From: a bacterium
GTDB lineage: Bacteria > Hinthialibacterota > Hinthialibacteria > Hinthialibacterales > Hinthialibacteraceae
Length of the DNA stretch: 16,187 bases
Assembly (NCBI GenBank): GCA_041946805.1
Contig: JBHGBC010000139.1
Span: forward strand, 1-16,187
Direction: 5' to 3'
Under the pieces are notes generated by a model, which was not told the DNA's origin, ran no database searches, and saw nothing but the letters and a program-made list of their open reading frames with translations. The stretch's first letter is position 1; each line of letters begins with the position of its first letter. Position numbers and translations under genes: made by a program. Below are positions 1 through 7,850 of this stretch, in pieces.

Positions 1-1629
1 TTGTTTATTTATTGGCTGTTGCGAACGCTGAAAGAGGATCGTGTCTCCATTCCCGTACACTGGCGGGCGGGATTCAACGCGGCCGTCCTGGGCTGGGTTT
101 ACGGGCTGGGCTGGATCGGCCTCCTGCGCGGGTACGAGGAAACCACGGGCCGGTGGCTGGTTCTCTTCCCCGCCCTGCTGGCGGCCGCCGTTTTCATCCG
201 ACCCGCGCCCGGGATTTCCGCGACCCGCGGATACCAGACGGTGCTTTCAGCTCTCGGGGGTCTGTCCCTGATCCTTTTTCTGTCGCTGAGTGTTATGGCT
301 TGGTTCGGCCCCCCCGCCGTGTGGGACAGGGGGCTTCCGGCTCATATTTCCATTACGCCGAGGTTGATCCTGGTTCCTGTCCTGGGCTGCGCGGCCTTGT
401 TGTCGCGCGCGTGCGCCCCGCCGGTCCGGGGGCAAGACCATCTTTGGTTGCTCGGCCTGCTCGCGTTCGCCACATTGTTCACCTGGAGCGGCAACGCGCG
501 CACCTGGTATCTATGGTACACGGCGGGCGAGCAGGAACGGGCCTGGACGCCTTACAAATACGACGCGCCGGAGGACATCGCCGACGCGGAGCGGAAGCCT
601 CACGAGGCCGCCATCACATATAACGCCGTCTATCAACGGATTCTGCAAAAGGGCGATATCCCCCGCTTTCTGAATTGGCCGTTTTATTTGCGTTACCGCA
701 TGGCCTATCAGGCGATGCGGAAAAACCAGGGAGCGGGCTGCGCGGCGTTTTTGCCCATCACACCGGACCTCGGCCGTGAGAAAATCCGTTTGGTCAAACA
801 ACTGTGGCATCTCGAATTTCTGGCGGCGGCCCGCTCCGGTGAACCGGATTATCCGCGGGACGGACGGATCTGGGTGGACTCGGAATACAGCGCGGATGAA
901 TCCACGATATACATGCTGGACCGTTTCGGGCGGGTGTATTCGCCGCTCGATACGGGATTGCTGCTGGAGTGGGAACCGGAGGCAGATTTCGCGGACGCCG
1001 TGGATCTGGAAATCACCCCATCCGGCGGCTTTCTCGTGGTCCGCGCTTCCGGCTCGTTGTGGATCTCCCGGCCCGACGCGCTTTTCCCGGAATCCGTTGT
1101 GCGTGTCCCGCTGGAAGGGAAGTTGATCGGCCTGGAATATTTTCCCGGCCGGACGGCCGCCCTGGCGGCCAACGCGCGGGGGGAAACGTGGATCGCGGGG
1201 AAAGCGCCCGCGGGATATCCCACGTCTCCGGCTGTGCCTTTCGATAAGCCGGCTATCGCGGACATGAAAATCGACCCGGATGGGAAAGGGTATTACCTGC
1301 TGGATATTTATGGCGCGGTGCATTCCTACCATCCCGGTGGGCCGCCGAGTTTTCCCCACACCTCGCCGCCGGTTCCCCAGGCCCTTCTTCCCTACTGGGC
1401 GGAAAACCGCATGGCGATCCGCCTCGTACTCGATCCCCGGGGGCGCGGGATCTACGTCTACAACCGGTTGGGAGAAGTGTTTTCCATCGCCGTAGTCCCG
1501 TATTGGAACACCTACCGGCCCCCGCACACCTACCCTCACCGGGGCGCCGCGTTGTTGGTGAAAAAAGATGGAAGCCTGACCGCCTTGGAGTCAAACGGGA
1601 ACCTTGTCCCGCTTCCGTCCACTCCGTAA
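1..1629 (+). CDS. Partial (5'-truncated) multi-pass membrane protein with C-terminal beta-propeller-like repeat domain
   Basis: ORF open from the window edge. The first ~170 aa have several hydrophobic helices. The C-terminal half has repeated blade-like motifs (IYMLDRFGRVY; AVDLEITPSGGFLVV; IADMKIDPDGKGYYLLDIYGAVH; AIRLVLDPRGRGIYVYNRLGEVF). Confidence 0.7.
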   Translation: MFIYWLLRTLKEDRVSIPVHWRAGFNAAVLGWVYGLGWIGLLRGYEETTGRWLVLFPALLAAAVFIRPAPGISATRGYQTVLSALGGLSLILFLSLSVMAWFGPPAVWDRGLPAHISITPRLILVPVLGCAALLSRACAPPVRGQDHLWLLGLLAFATLFTWSGNARTWYLWYTAGEQERAWTPYKYDAPEDIADAERKPHEAAITYNAVYQRILQKGDIPRFLNWPFYLRYRMAYQAMRKNQGAGCAAFLPITPDLGREKIRLVKQLWHLEFLAAARSGEPDYPRDGRIWVDSEYSADESTIYMLDRFGRVYSPLDTGLLLEWEPEADFADAVDLEITPSGGFLVVRASGSLWISRPDALFPESVVRVPLEGKLIGLEYFPGRTAALAANARGETWIAGKAPAGYPTSPAVPFDKPAIADMKIDPDGKGYYLLDIYGAVHSYHPGGPPSFPHTSPPVPQALLPYWAENRMAIRLVLDPRGRGIYVYNRLGEVFSIAVVPYWNTYRPPHTYPHRGAALLVKKDGSLTALESNGNLVPLPSTP

Positions 1630-1712
1630 ACGCCCGGTGTTCCTTTATTTCATTTCGATAGTATAAATAATCCGTTGTGAGACCCGAAAATACCGAGAGA
1701 GGAAGCCTTCGC

Positions 1713-1955
1713 ATGAGTGAACCGAGGAATCCGGAATTCCAGAAGCGTCCCTACATTGTGAACGAAACCGCGGGAAGGAAATACTACTGCCAGTGCGGAT
1801 TCTCCAAAAACCAACCGTATTGTGACGGATCCCACAAGGGCACGGGCATCACGCCGTTGATGGTCGAAATCCCCGAAGACCGCCGCTGCGCCTACTGCGG
1901 TTGCCGGCAATCCCGTGAACTGCCGTTTTGCGACGGGACCCACGCGGTCTTGTGA
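1713..1955 (+). CDS. CDGSH iron-sulfur domain protein with two CDGSH motifs (CISD3/MiNT-like)
   Basis: CQCGFSKNQPYCDGSH and CGCRQSRELPFCDGTH match C-x-C-x2-S-x3-P-x-CDG[ST]H. ATG at 1713 follows a GAGAGGA SD-like sequence, so it is preferred over the track start at 1677. Confidence 0.9.
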   Translation: MSEPRNPEFQKRPYIVNETAGRKYYCQCGFSKNQPYCDGSHKGTGITPLMVEIPEDRRCAYCGCRQSRELPFCDGTHAVL

Positions 1956-1966
1956 GGATTTTAATA

Positions 1967-2011
1967 ACGCCGGCGTCCCGCCTGCTTCTTGGGGCGCAGG
2001 CTTCCTGCCTA
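1967..2011. repeat. Two tandem short palindromic REP-like units, CGC[CA]GGC[GT]TCC[CT]GCCT, 27 nt apart
   Basis: cgccggcgtcccgcctg at 1968 and cgcaggcttcctgccta at 1995, each with a GGC-N5-GCC mini-hairpin, between convergent genes. Confidence 0.5.
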
Positions 2012-2128
2012 AAAACGTCCCGTTGGGGCCAGTTTACTTTCGTCCGGGTTAACACTCTGGATGAATCCCTTAGCCGGCCCCCTGTCGCGTCACCCCGGCC
2101 CGGGACCGTTTTCCCTCTCCTTCCCCTA

Positions 2129-3139
2129 TCACTTCTTGCCGGCCGCGGTTTTCCGGGAGATCTTGGCCTGAGGACGGGACTTTTCCGCTTTGGGTGAATT
2201 CGGGGTTTGGGCCAACGGCTTTTTTTTCGACGCCGCGATCAGGTCAGGCACTTCCTTCACTAAAAAATCCTCGAACGCGTCGTGGAGGTCCTCCCGCTTG
2301 AGGGCGAATTCAACGGCGGTCTTGATGTAGTCCAGCCGGTTGCCGATGTCATGGCGTTTGCCCTCGAATTCATAGGCGTACATCCGTTGATCCTCCGCCA
2401 TCAAGCGTAGCGCGTCGGTGAGTTGAATCTCGCCGTTTTTGCCTGGAGACGTGCGCTCGATGTAGTCGAAGATGTCGGCGTTGAGAATGTAGCGCCCCCC
2501 GACCGCGAGGGTGGACGGCGCGGTTTGCATATCGGGCTTTTCGATCAGGTCGTGGACGATGCTGGTGCGTTCATCGACCGGCTGGCCTTTGATGATCCCG
2601 TAATTCACGACTTTCTCGCGCGGCACGCGCTCCACTCCGATGACCGGGGCGCGCCACACACGATAGAAATCCAGCAGTTGCCGGGTGCAGGGAACTTCAG
2701 ACGAGACGATGGTGTCGCCGAGCAGCACCACGAAGGGTTCGCCGGCGACGTGCTGCTTGGCGTAGTAGATCGCGTCGCCCAGGCCCTTGCTGACCTTCTG
2801 GCGGATGTAATGGATGTTCACCAGGTTGGAAATTTCAGTAATGCTCTGGTAGGCCTCGTGGTTGCCAGACAAGGAGAGGGCGTTTTCCAGCTCCAGGGAA
2901 CGGTCGAAATGGTCCTCGATGGCCCGTTTCCCCTTCCCTGTGATGATCAGGATGTCGGTGATGCCCGATTCCACCACTTCCTCGATCACGAACTGGATGG
3001 TGGGCTTGTCAATGATGGGCAGCATCTCCTTGGGCTGGACCTTGGTGGCGGGCAGGAAACGGGTCCCGATCCCCGCGGCGGGGATCACGGCCTTGCGGAC
3101 TTCGCCGAGATTCAAATCCGGATATCTAGGCATGGACAT
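2129..3139 (-). CDS. galU: UTP--glucose-1-phosphate uridylyltransferase
   Basis: RKAVIPAAGIGTRFLPATKVQPKEMLPIIDKPTIQ, AIEDHFD, RQKVSKGLGDA, LIEKP, GEIQLTDAL and HDIGN motifs; GAGGT SD upstream of ATG 3139. Confidence 0.95.
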   Translation of the reverse strand: MSMPRYPDLNLGEVRKAVIPAAGIGTRFLPATKVQPKEMLPIIDKPTIQFVIEEVVESGITDILIITGKGKRAIEDHFDRSLELENALSLSGNHEAYQSITEISNLVNIHYIRQKVSKGLGDAIYYAKQHVAGEPFVVLLGDTIVSSEVPCTRQLLDFYRVWRAPVIGVERVPREKVVNYGIIKGQPVDERTSIVHDLIEKPDMQTAPSTLAVGGRYILNADIFDYIERTSPGKNGEIQLTDALRLMAEDQRMYAYEFEGKRHDIGNRLDYIKTAVEFALKREDLHDAFEDFLVKEVPDLIAASKKKPLAQTPNSPKAEKSRPQAKISRKTAAGKK

Positions 3140-3190
3140 AAACTACCTCGTGATCATGGGATACGAATATCAATGCCGGTCAGCACCGAA

Positions 3191-3991
3191 TTATCGTAAT
3201 GACGAATCGCGGCGGCGTCCAGCCGGAGGCTTGGAGCGGCGGAGGCGGTAGTCGTCGGCCTTGATGTCGATGTCGTTGCACATCTCGATAATGCGCGAGG
3301 CCAGGCGGTTTTCGACTTTCAGCGGCAGGTCCTTGGCCATGATGTTAGAGGTGATGATCATGGTCTTGCAATCCTGATAACGCCGGTTGATCAGGGCGTA
3401 AAGGCGGTCGGCGACCCAAGTCGAGGTTTTTTGGACGCCGAAATCGTCCAGCACGAAGATCTGGCGGTTGAGTTCCTGAGTAAGGCGGCCCTTGGGCGCG
3501 CCCGGAGCGTTGGGATCGTACGTGGCGCGGATGGCGTCAAGCAGATCCACGACGTTGTAGTACACGCCGTCGAATCCCCGGGCGATCAGGCCGCGGAGGA
3601 TGCCGAGGGCCAGGTGGGTTTTGCCGGTGCCCGTGCTTCCGCAGATATAGAGCCCGCGGGGCTCGCCGGGCGTGTATTTTTCAACATATTCCTTCACCCG
3701 GGCCACGCAGCCGCGCAGGGAGGAGGTATAGGGCTGGAATGTCTCGAGCGATTCGGACGCGTAGAGTTTGGGAATGCGCGCGGTCTCGATCTCCGACGTG
3801 AAAATCTCCTTGCGCACGCAGCGGCACGGCCGGGCCTTGCCTTCCGCGTCGATGATATGCCCGTAGCCATCGCAAAGGGGGCATTTCGCGTCGGGATCCT
3901 GGTCCGGCAACTGATCGAGATGGGGCACGCGGGACAGGATCGCTTCGAAGGACGGACCCAATGGATCGAATGGATTCGTGTTTTTATTCAT
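3191..3991 (-). CDS. DnaC/DnaI/IstB-family AAA+ ATPase (putative replicative helicase loader) with N-terminal Zn-binding motif
   Basis: CPLCDG...RPCRC Zn motif, RIPKLYASESLETF, Walker A GSTGTGKTHLA, Walker B FVLDDFG, RRY...TMIITSN, RLASRIIEMC, DDYR. ATG at 3991 has GAGG 6 nt upstream (the track start at 4003 is TTG). Confidence 0.85.
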   Translation of the reverse strand: MNKNTNPFDPLGPSFEAILSRVPHLDQLPDQDPDAKCPLCDGYGHIIDAEGKARPCRCVRKEIFTSEIETARIPKLYASESLETFQPYTSSLRGCVARVKEYVEKYTPGEPRGLYICGSTGTGKTHLALGILRGLIARGFDGVYYNVVDLLDAIRATYDPNAPGAPKGRLTQELNRQIFVLDDFGVQKTSTWVADRLYALINRRYQDCKTMIITSNIMAKDLPLKVENRLASRIIEMCNDIDIKADDYRLRRSKPPAGRRRDSSLR

Positions 3992-4045
3992 GATCGGCCT
4001 CAACCCAAGAGATGGGTTTATGATGCCACAAAAAGCGCCGGGATG

Positions 4046-4669
4046 CTATGCAGTAGTGGATACGCTTTCCGGCGGCTTGTGGAGACGGGTTTTGATCCAG
4101 GCCAGGGATTTCACTTTCTTCTGGTAGGCTTCCGTGAAGAGCTCGGAGATCACTTCCATGGGCGCGGCATTGGCGATCTCTTCCAGGTCCTCCACGATTC
4201 GGGGCGAGAACCGCGCGCCGAACAACATCTGATACAGGTAGATGACCCGCTCCACTTTTTCCAGACCGGCTATGTCGTGCCAATAACGAAAAAAACAACG
4301 ACTCCCCACGGCCGCTGCGCCGCGAATCCGGTTTTGGAGCTCCTCCTCATCAAGGGTAATGGGCAGAGGGACTTGAATCCGGGCTTTTTGGATCTCCTGC
4401 GATAGCTCCGACCGCTCGATCCACTGCTCCCGCTCCAACCGGCCCAGCAGCGGCTCCACGCGGGACACGGCGACACCCGTCCAGCGGGCGAGATCCGCGG
4501 GACGGAAAACGAACCAGTCCGGCGTCAGGTTGAGGTCGCAGTCGATTTCCACCAACTTGTGAAACAACAGCCACCCCTCCGCGCCGGATTGCGCGGCGAT
4601 CCGTTCGGGAATCCCGCTCTCCTCCATCCAGCGGGGAAAACACATCCACAGGGGATCGCGCGCGGCCAT
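4046..4669 (-). CDS. DnaD-like replication initiation protein (N-terminal winged helix + C-terminal DnaD/DnaB_C-like domain)
   Basis: HTH-like RPADLARWTGVAVSRVEPLLGRLEREQWIER. The C-terminal VIYLYQMLFGARFSPRIVEDLEEI...EVISELFTEAYQKKVKSLAWIKTRL follows the DnaD_C pattern (F..EFGR.LSP.E...L...ELI..A..EA......YI..IL). It lies directly upstream of the DnaC-like ATPase. Confidence 0.7.
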   Translation of the reverse strand: MAARDPLWMCFPRWMEESGIPERIAAQSGAEGWLLFHKLVEIDCDLNLTPDWFVFRPADLARWTGVAVSRVEPLLGRLEREQWIERSELSQEIQKARIQVPLPITLDEEELQNRIRGAAAVGSRCFFRYWHDIAGLEKVERVIYLYQMLFGARFSPRIVEDLEEIANAAPMEVISELFTEAYQKKVKSLAWIKTRLHKPPESVSTTA

Positions 4670-4688
4670 GAGGGAAATCCCGCGTCTC

Positions 4689-5390
4689 TTACAACGCGAT
4701 CTGCTCTTTGTCGTTCACCAGGCGTTTTTGTTCCTCCCGCCGGTGTTGTTCGATCTCCTGATGCAGTTCCCCAATCTCCCGGTGCAGGGCCTCCAGGCGC
4801 TCCATGATGGGGTCGGGCAGATGAATGTGGTCGAGGTCCACTCCTCGGGTGACTTTCTGCCCCTCGCGCACGACGATGCGTCCGGGTACGCCAACCACCG
4901 TGCAGTTGTCCGGCACGTCCATGAGCACCACCGATCCCGCGCCGATCTTCACATTGTTGCCGATGCGGATGTTGCCCAGCACTTTCGCTCCCGCGCTGAC
5001 CATGACGTTGTTGCCCAGCGTGGGATGGCGCTTGCCGGTCTCCTTCCCGGTTCCGCCCAGCGTGACACCCTGAAACAACACGCACCCATCGCCGATGATC
5101 GTGGTTTCACCAATCACTACCCCCATGCCATGGTCGATGAAGAAACGCTGGCCGATTTGCGCCCCCGGGTGGATTTCGATGCCGGTGATAAAGCGGTTGA
5201 TCTGGGAAATCACCCGGGGAAGGAAGGGAATCCGGAGTTTTGTGTGCAAGAAATGCGCGACCCGGTGCAGGATGATGGCATGAAAGCCGGCGTACGTGAA
5301 GAGGACTTCCAGCGGCCCCCAAAAACCCCGGGCGGCTGGATCGTTTTCGATGCACGCTTTGAAATCGTTGACCACGGTACGGATGACCAT
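4689..5390 (-). CDS. cysE: Serine O-acetyltransferase
   Basis: [84 protein letters not shown] plus coiled-coil tail; AAGGAG SD. Confidence 0.95.
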   Translation of the reverse strand: MVIRTVVNDFKACIENDPAARGFWGPLEVLFTYAGFHAIILHRVAHFLHTKLRIPFLPRVISQINRFITGIEIHPGAQIGQRFFIDHGMGVVIGETTIIGDGCVLFQGVTLGGTGKETGKRHPTLGNNVMVSAGAKVLGNIRIGNNVKIGAGSVVLMDVPDNCTVVGVPGRIVVREGQKVTRGVDLDHIHLPDPIMERLEALHREIGELHQEIEQHRREEQKRLVNDKEQIAL

Positions 5391-5563
5391 CGGGCATCTC
5401 CTTCACCCTTGGGAGATAATGACTGGTGGAATCCTCTTTATTTTATGCCGTTGTCTGGAGAGTGAAAAGCAGGGAGGGCATTTTTCCGTAAAAGCCGCGT
5501 TCCCCATGGATTGCCTGCCGTCCCGGCCACGCGGTTCCTCCCCTCAAAGAACGGGTGAGAGAT

Positions 5564-5592
5564 GTAGGGGGGTGAGCACAGCGAAATCCACC
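5564..5592 (+). repeat. GTAG-prefixed REP-like imperfect palindrome
   Basis: GTAGgggggtgagcacagcgaaatccacc: GTAG tetranucleotide followed by a degenerate GG(T)GG...CCACC hairpin, in intergenic DNA. Confidence 0.4.
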
Positions 5593-5615
5593 GCCGAAAA
5601 CCTCTCTCCTCTTCT

Positions 5616-5790
5616 CCTCTTTCCCCTCTGGGAGAGGGCCGGGGGCGAGGGAAAACTTTACTCAACTCATCCTCCGCGCTCCTTTCAAGGGGCCGTCGAT
5701 TCGTAGCTCAGGATTCCATTCCGGATCTTCTTCCTCAGAACTTTTTTAAACTAGCCCGGGGCTTCAGCTCTGGGAAAATTCTGGTAACCA
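5616..5790 (+). repeat. Composite REP/MITE-like element, copy A
   Basis: Aligns by hand to 7851-8053: ccct..gggagagggcc.gggg.gagg, then aaaactt(t)actcaactcatcc, cctttcaaggg, taaactag and a terminal TTCA-loop hairpin. Confidence 0.8.
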
Positions 5791-5935
5791 GACCTGGACG
5801 TAAGGGAGAACCAGCCGCTTCCCCTCTGTCACCTTATCTTGCCTTCATTATCGATTACAATCCAATTACTGGCAGGCCGGCATCCTGCAAGCGGCAATTC
5901 ATTCCACTTCTCAAATTCAGAACAGAAAGATCAGC

Positions 5936-7048
5936 ATGCCCAACGACACGGCCATCTCCCTCTTGGATTTTACCCTCGCGGAGCTGCGGGATTGGCTCAC
6001 CCGCCAGGGACATCCACCATTCCGGGCGGCACAGATCTTCCAGTGGATCTACCAAAAAGGGGCCTCCTCCTTCGCGGAGATGAGCAACCTGCCCGAGACC
6101 ATGCGGAACGAACTGGCCCGCCTGTGTACCATTGACACGCTGCCGGTCATCGCCCGCCGGGAAGATCCACGCGATCAAACCTGGAAATACCTGTTCCAAC
6201 TGCCGGATGGGGAATCCGTGGAGGCGGTGCTCATGCCCCGTTACGCCGGCTCCGTGCGGACCGATCCGGCGAGCGGCGAGGTGCGCGACAGCGGCTCCGG
6301 TGCCGTGGAAGGCTACACGGTCTGCTTGACGACGCAGGTGGGATGCCTGTTCGCGTGCCGGTTTTGCGCCTCGGGGCAGTTGGGTTGGAAGCGAAATCTG
6401 AGGGCGGGGGAAATCATCGCCCAGGTGCTGGGTTTCATCCGCGCCGGCCGGCCGGTTTCACGGGTGGTGTTCATGGGCACCGGCGAGCCTCTGCACAACC
6501 TGGACGCGGTCCGCCAGGCGGTCGCGATTCTTCACGAGATGCACGGACTGAACCTCTCCCCCCGCCGCATCACCCTTTCCACCGTGGGGCTGGTTCCCGA
6601 AATGTACCGCATCGCCCAGGAAGGGTGGAAAGTCAAACTGGCGCTGTCGTTGCACGCGACCTCCGACGTCAAGCGGGCGGCGCTGATGCCTCTGGCCCGG
6701 GCCTATGAACTCGACCAGGTCAAGGACGCCGCGCGCTATTACTACCGCCGCAACGGCCGCCGGATTTCGCTGGAATACCTGATGATCCAGGACGTGAACG
6801 ACTCGCCCAAGGACGCCGAACGCCTGGCAAAATTCTGCGCGGATCTGGAGTGCCATGTCAATCTGATTCCCTACAATTTCATTCCCCACGCTCCGTTCCG
6901 GCCTTCCTCCCCGGAACGGATCCAGGATTTCAAGGCTCATCTGCTGCGGCACAAAATCGACGCGACGGTCCGCTACAGCCGCGGCCGGTCGATCGACGCC
7001 GCTTGCGGTCAATTGCGTCTGCGCCATGAACAGGCCCGCACCGCCTGA
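5936..7048 (+). CDS. rlmN: Dual-specificity 23S rRNA m2A2503 / tRNA m2A37 radical-SAM methyltransferase RlmN
   Basis: FRAAQIFQWIY, CLTTQVGCLFACRFCASG (CxxxCxxC), RNLRAGEI, VFMGTGEP, RRITLSTVG, LALSLHA, EYLMIQDVND, VNLIPYN, IDAACGQL. Confidence 0.93.
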   Translation: MPNDTAISLLDFTLAELRDWLTRQGHPPFRAAQIFQWIYQKGASSFAEMSNLPETMRNELARLCTIDTLPVIARREDPRDQTWKYLFQLPDGESVEAVLMPRYAGSVRTDPASGEVRDSGSGAVEGYTVCLTTQVGCLFACRFCASGQLGWKRNLRAGEIIAQVLGFIRAGRPVSRVVFMGTGEPLHNLDAVRQAVAILHEMHGLNLSPRRITLSTVGLVPEMYRIAQEGWKVKLALSLHATSDVKRAALMPLARAYELDQVKDAARYYYRRNGRRISLEYLMIQDVNDSPKDAERLAKFCADLECHVNLIPYNFIPHAPFRPSSPERIQDFKAHLLRHKIDATVRYSRGRSIDAACGQLRLRHEQARTA

Positions 7049-7721
7049 TCCCGGATTCCCGGCCCCGCCCTGGGTACTGCGCGGCCACGGCCTGATGATC
7101 CTGGCCCCGGTGTCCCGCCGCGCGCGGGACCTCTCCCTGCCGGATGGCTGTTCGCTGCAATCCCTCGTGGCGGGACAATCGTTCCGGGGTTATTACCTGG
7201 CGGAATACAGTACACCCTTGTCGCGTGATCCGGCGCTCCCCTGGCATGAATGGGGCAACGTCGCGGGTTATATGCGGTCTCCGGCCGGAAACGGCTTTTT
7301 CATCAGCGGCATGGCGGTGGATAGCGAAGCGGCCTGCCGGGGCGGCCGTGAAATCTGGGGACTGAACAAATTCCGGGGCGATATCCGGATGGCAGCCGCG
7401 GGCCGGACCGGCGAGGCCTCCCTGACCGATGAGCACGGCCAAGTGGAAGCGCGTTGGAAAACCTTCCGCCCGGATCTGCGCCTATCCCCCACATTCCGGT
7501 TCATGACCGTCATTCAGGGAACCATTCAGTTTTATGCCGTGATGATTCACGCCCGCTTTTACATGGCCCGCGCCGAGGTCACCCGCCGGACCTCGCCCTT
7601 TTTCCCCGCCCTGAAGGAACGATCGTATGGGGCGGTCCGCTTCGAGGCGGCAACGGTAACGATCACAGCCCCGCAAGCCCCCATGGATCACAAGGGTTTG
7701 TCGAGTTTTCGTGATGAATGA
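7026..7721 (+). CDS. Acetoacetate decarboxylase-like (ADC superfamily) protein
   Basis: N-terminal FPAPPWVLRG, Y..EY...WHE, and ISGMAVDSEAACRGGREIWGLNK resembling the ADC-family VD...A..GGREIWG.PK motif; overlaps the rlmN 3' end by 23 nt. Confidence 0.65.
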   Translation: MNRPAPPDPGFPAPPWVLRGHGLMILAPVSRRARDLSLPDGCSLQSLVAGQSFRGYYLAEYSTPLSRDPALPWHEWGNVAGYMRSPAGNGFFISGMAVDSEAACRGGREIWGLNKFRGDIRMAAAGRTGEASLTDEHGQVEARWKTFRPDLRLSPTFRFMTVIQGTIQFYAVMIHARFYMARAEVTRRTSPFFPALKERSYGAVRFEAATVTITAPQAPMDHKGLSSFRDE

Positions 7722-7781
7722 TTGAATGAAACGCGGAATGATCTTTCGTAACTGGTTACCGGTTTGCAGTGCTGCTTTTGA

Positions 7782-7827
7782 GCGCCAACGGCGCGGCCAG
7801 AGTATAGCCCACGGCGTAAGCCCTGGG
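7782..7827 (+). repeat. Two-hairpin REP-like unit
   Basis: gcgcc-aac-ggcgc, an 11-nt spacer, then AGC and ccacggc-GTAA-gccctgg. Confidence 0.55.
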
Positions 7828-7850
7828 AAAAATATGACAAAAGTATTATT

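Noticed and set aside
3191..3991. IS21 istB or prophage replication gene
   Set aside because: No istA transposase, terminal inverted repeats, integrase or phage genes; the flanks are housekeeping genes.
2423..5465. Long plus-strand ORFs 2423-3199, 3431-4405 and 4668-5465
   Set aside because: Antisense shadows of galU, the DnaC-like gene and cysE, typical of GC-rich codon bias, with no recognisable motifs.
5530..5543. T-box-like motif (minus strand GGGGAGGAACCGCG) upstream of cysE
   Set aside because: The essential UGGN bulge reads AGGA, no downstream CGUCCC-like antiterminator partner or stem I is evident, and the upstream DNA is REP-like.
5936..7048. Cfr-type resistance methyltransferase
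   Set aside because: Motifs QVGC, GEP and AACGQL and the chromosomal context fit housekeeping RlmN rather than Cfr (QCGC, MGMGEA).
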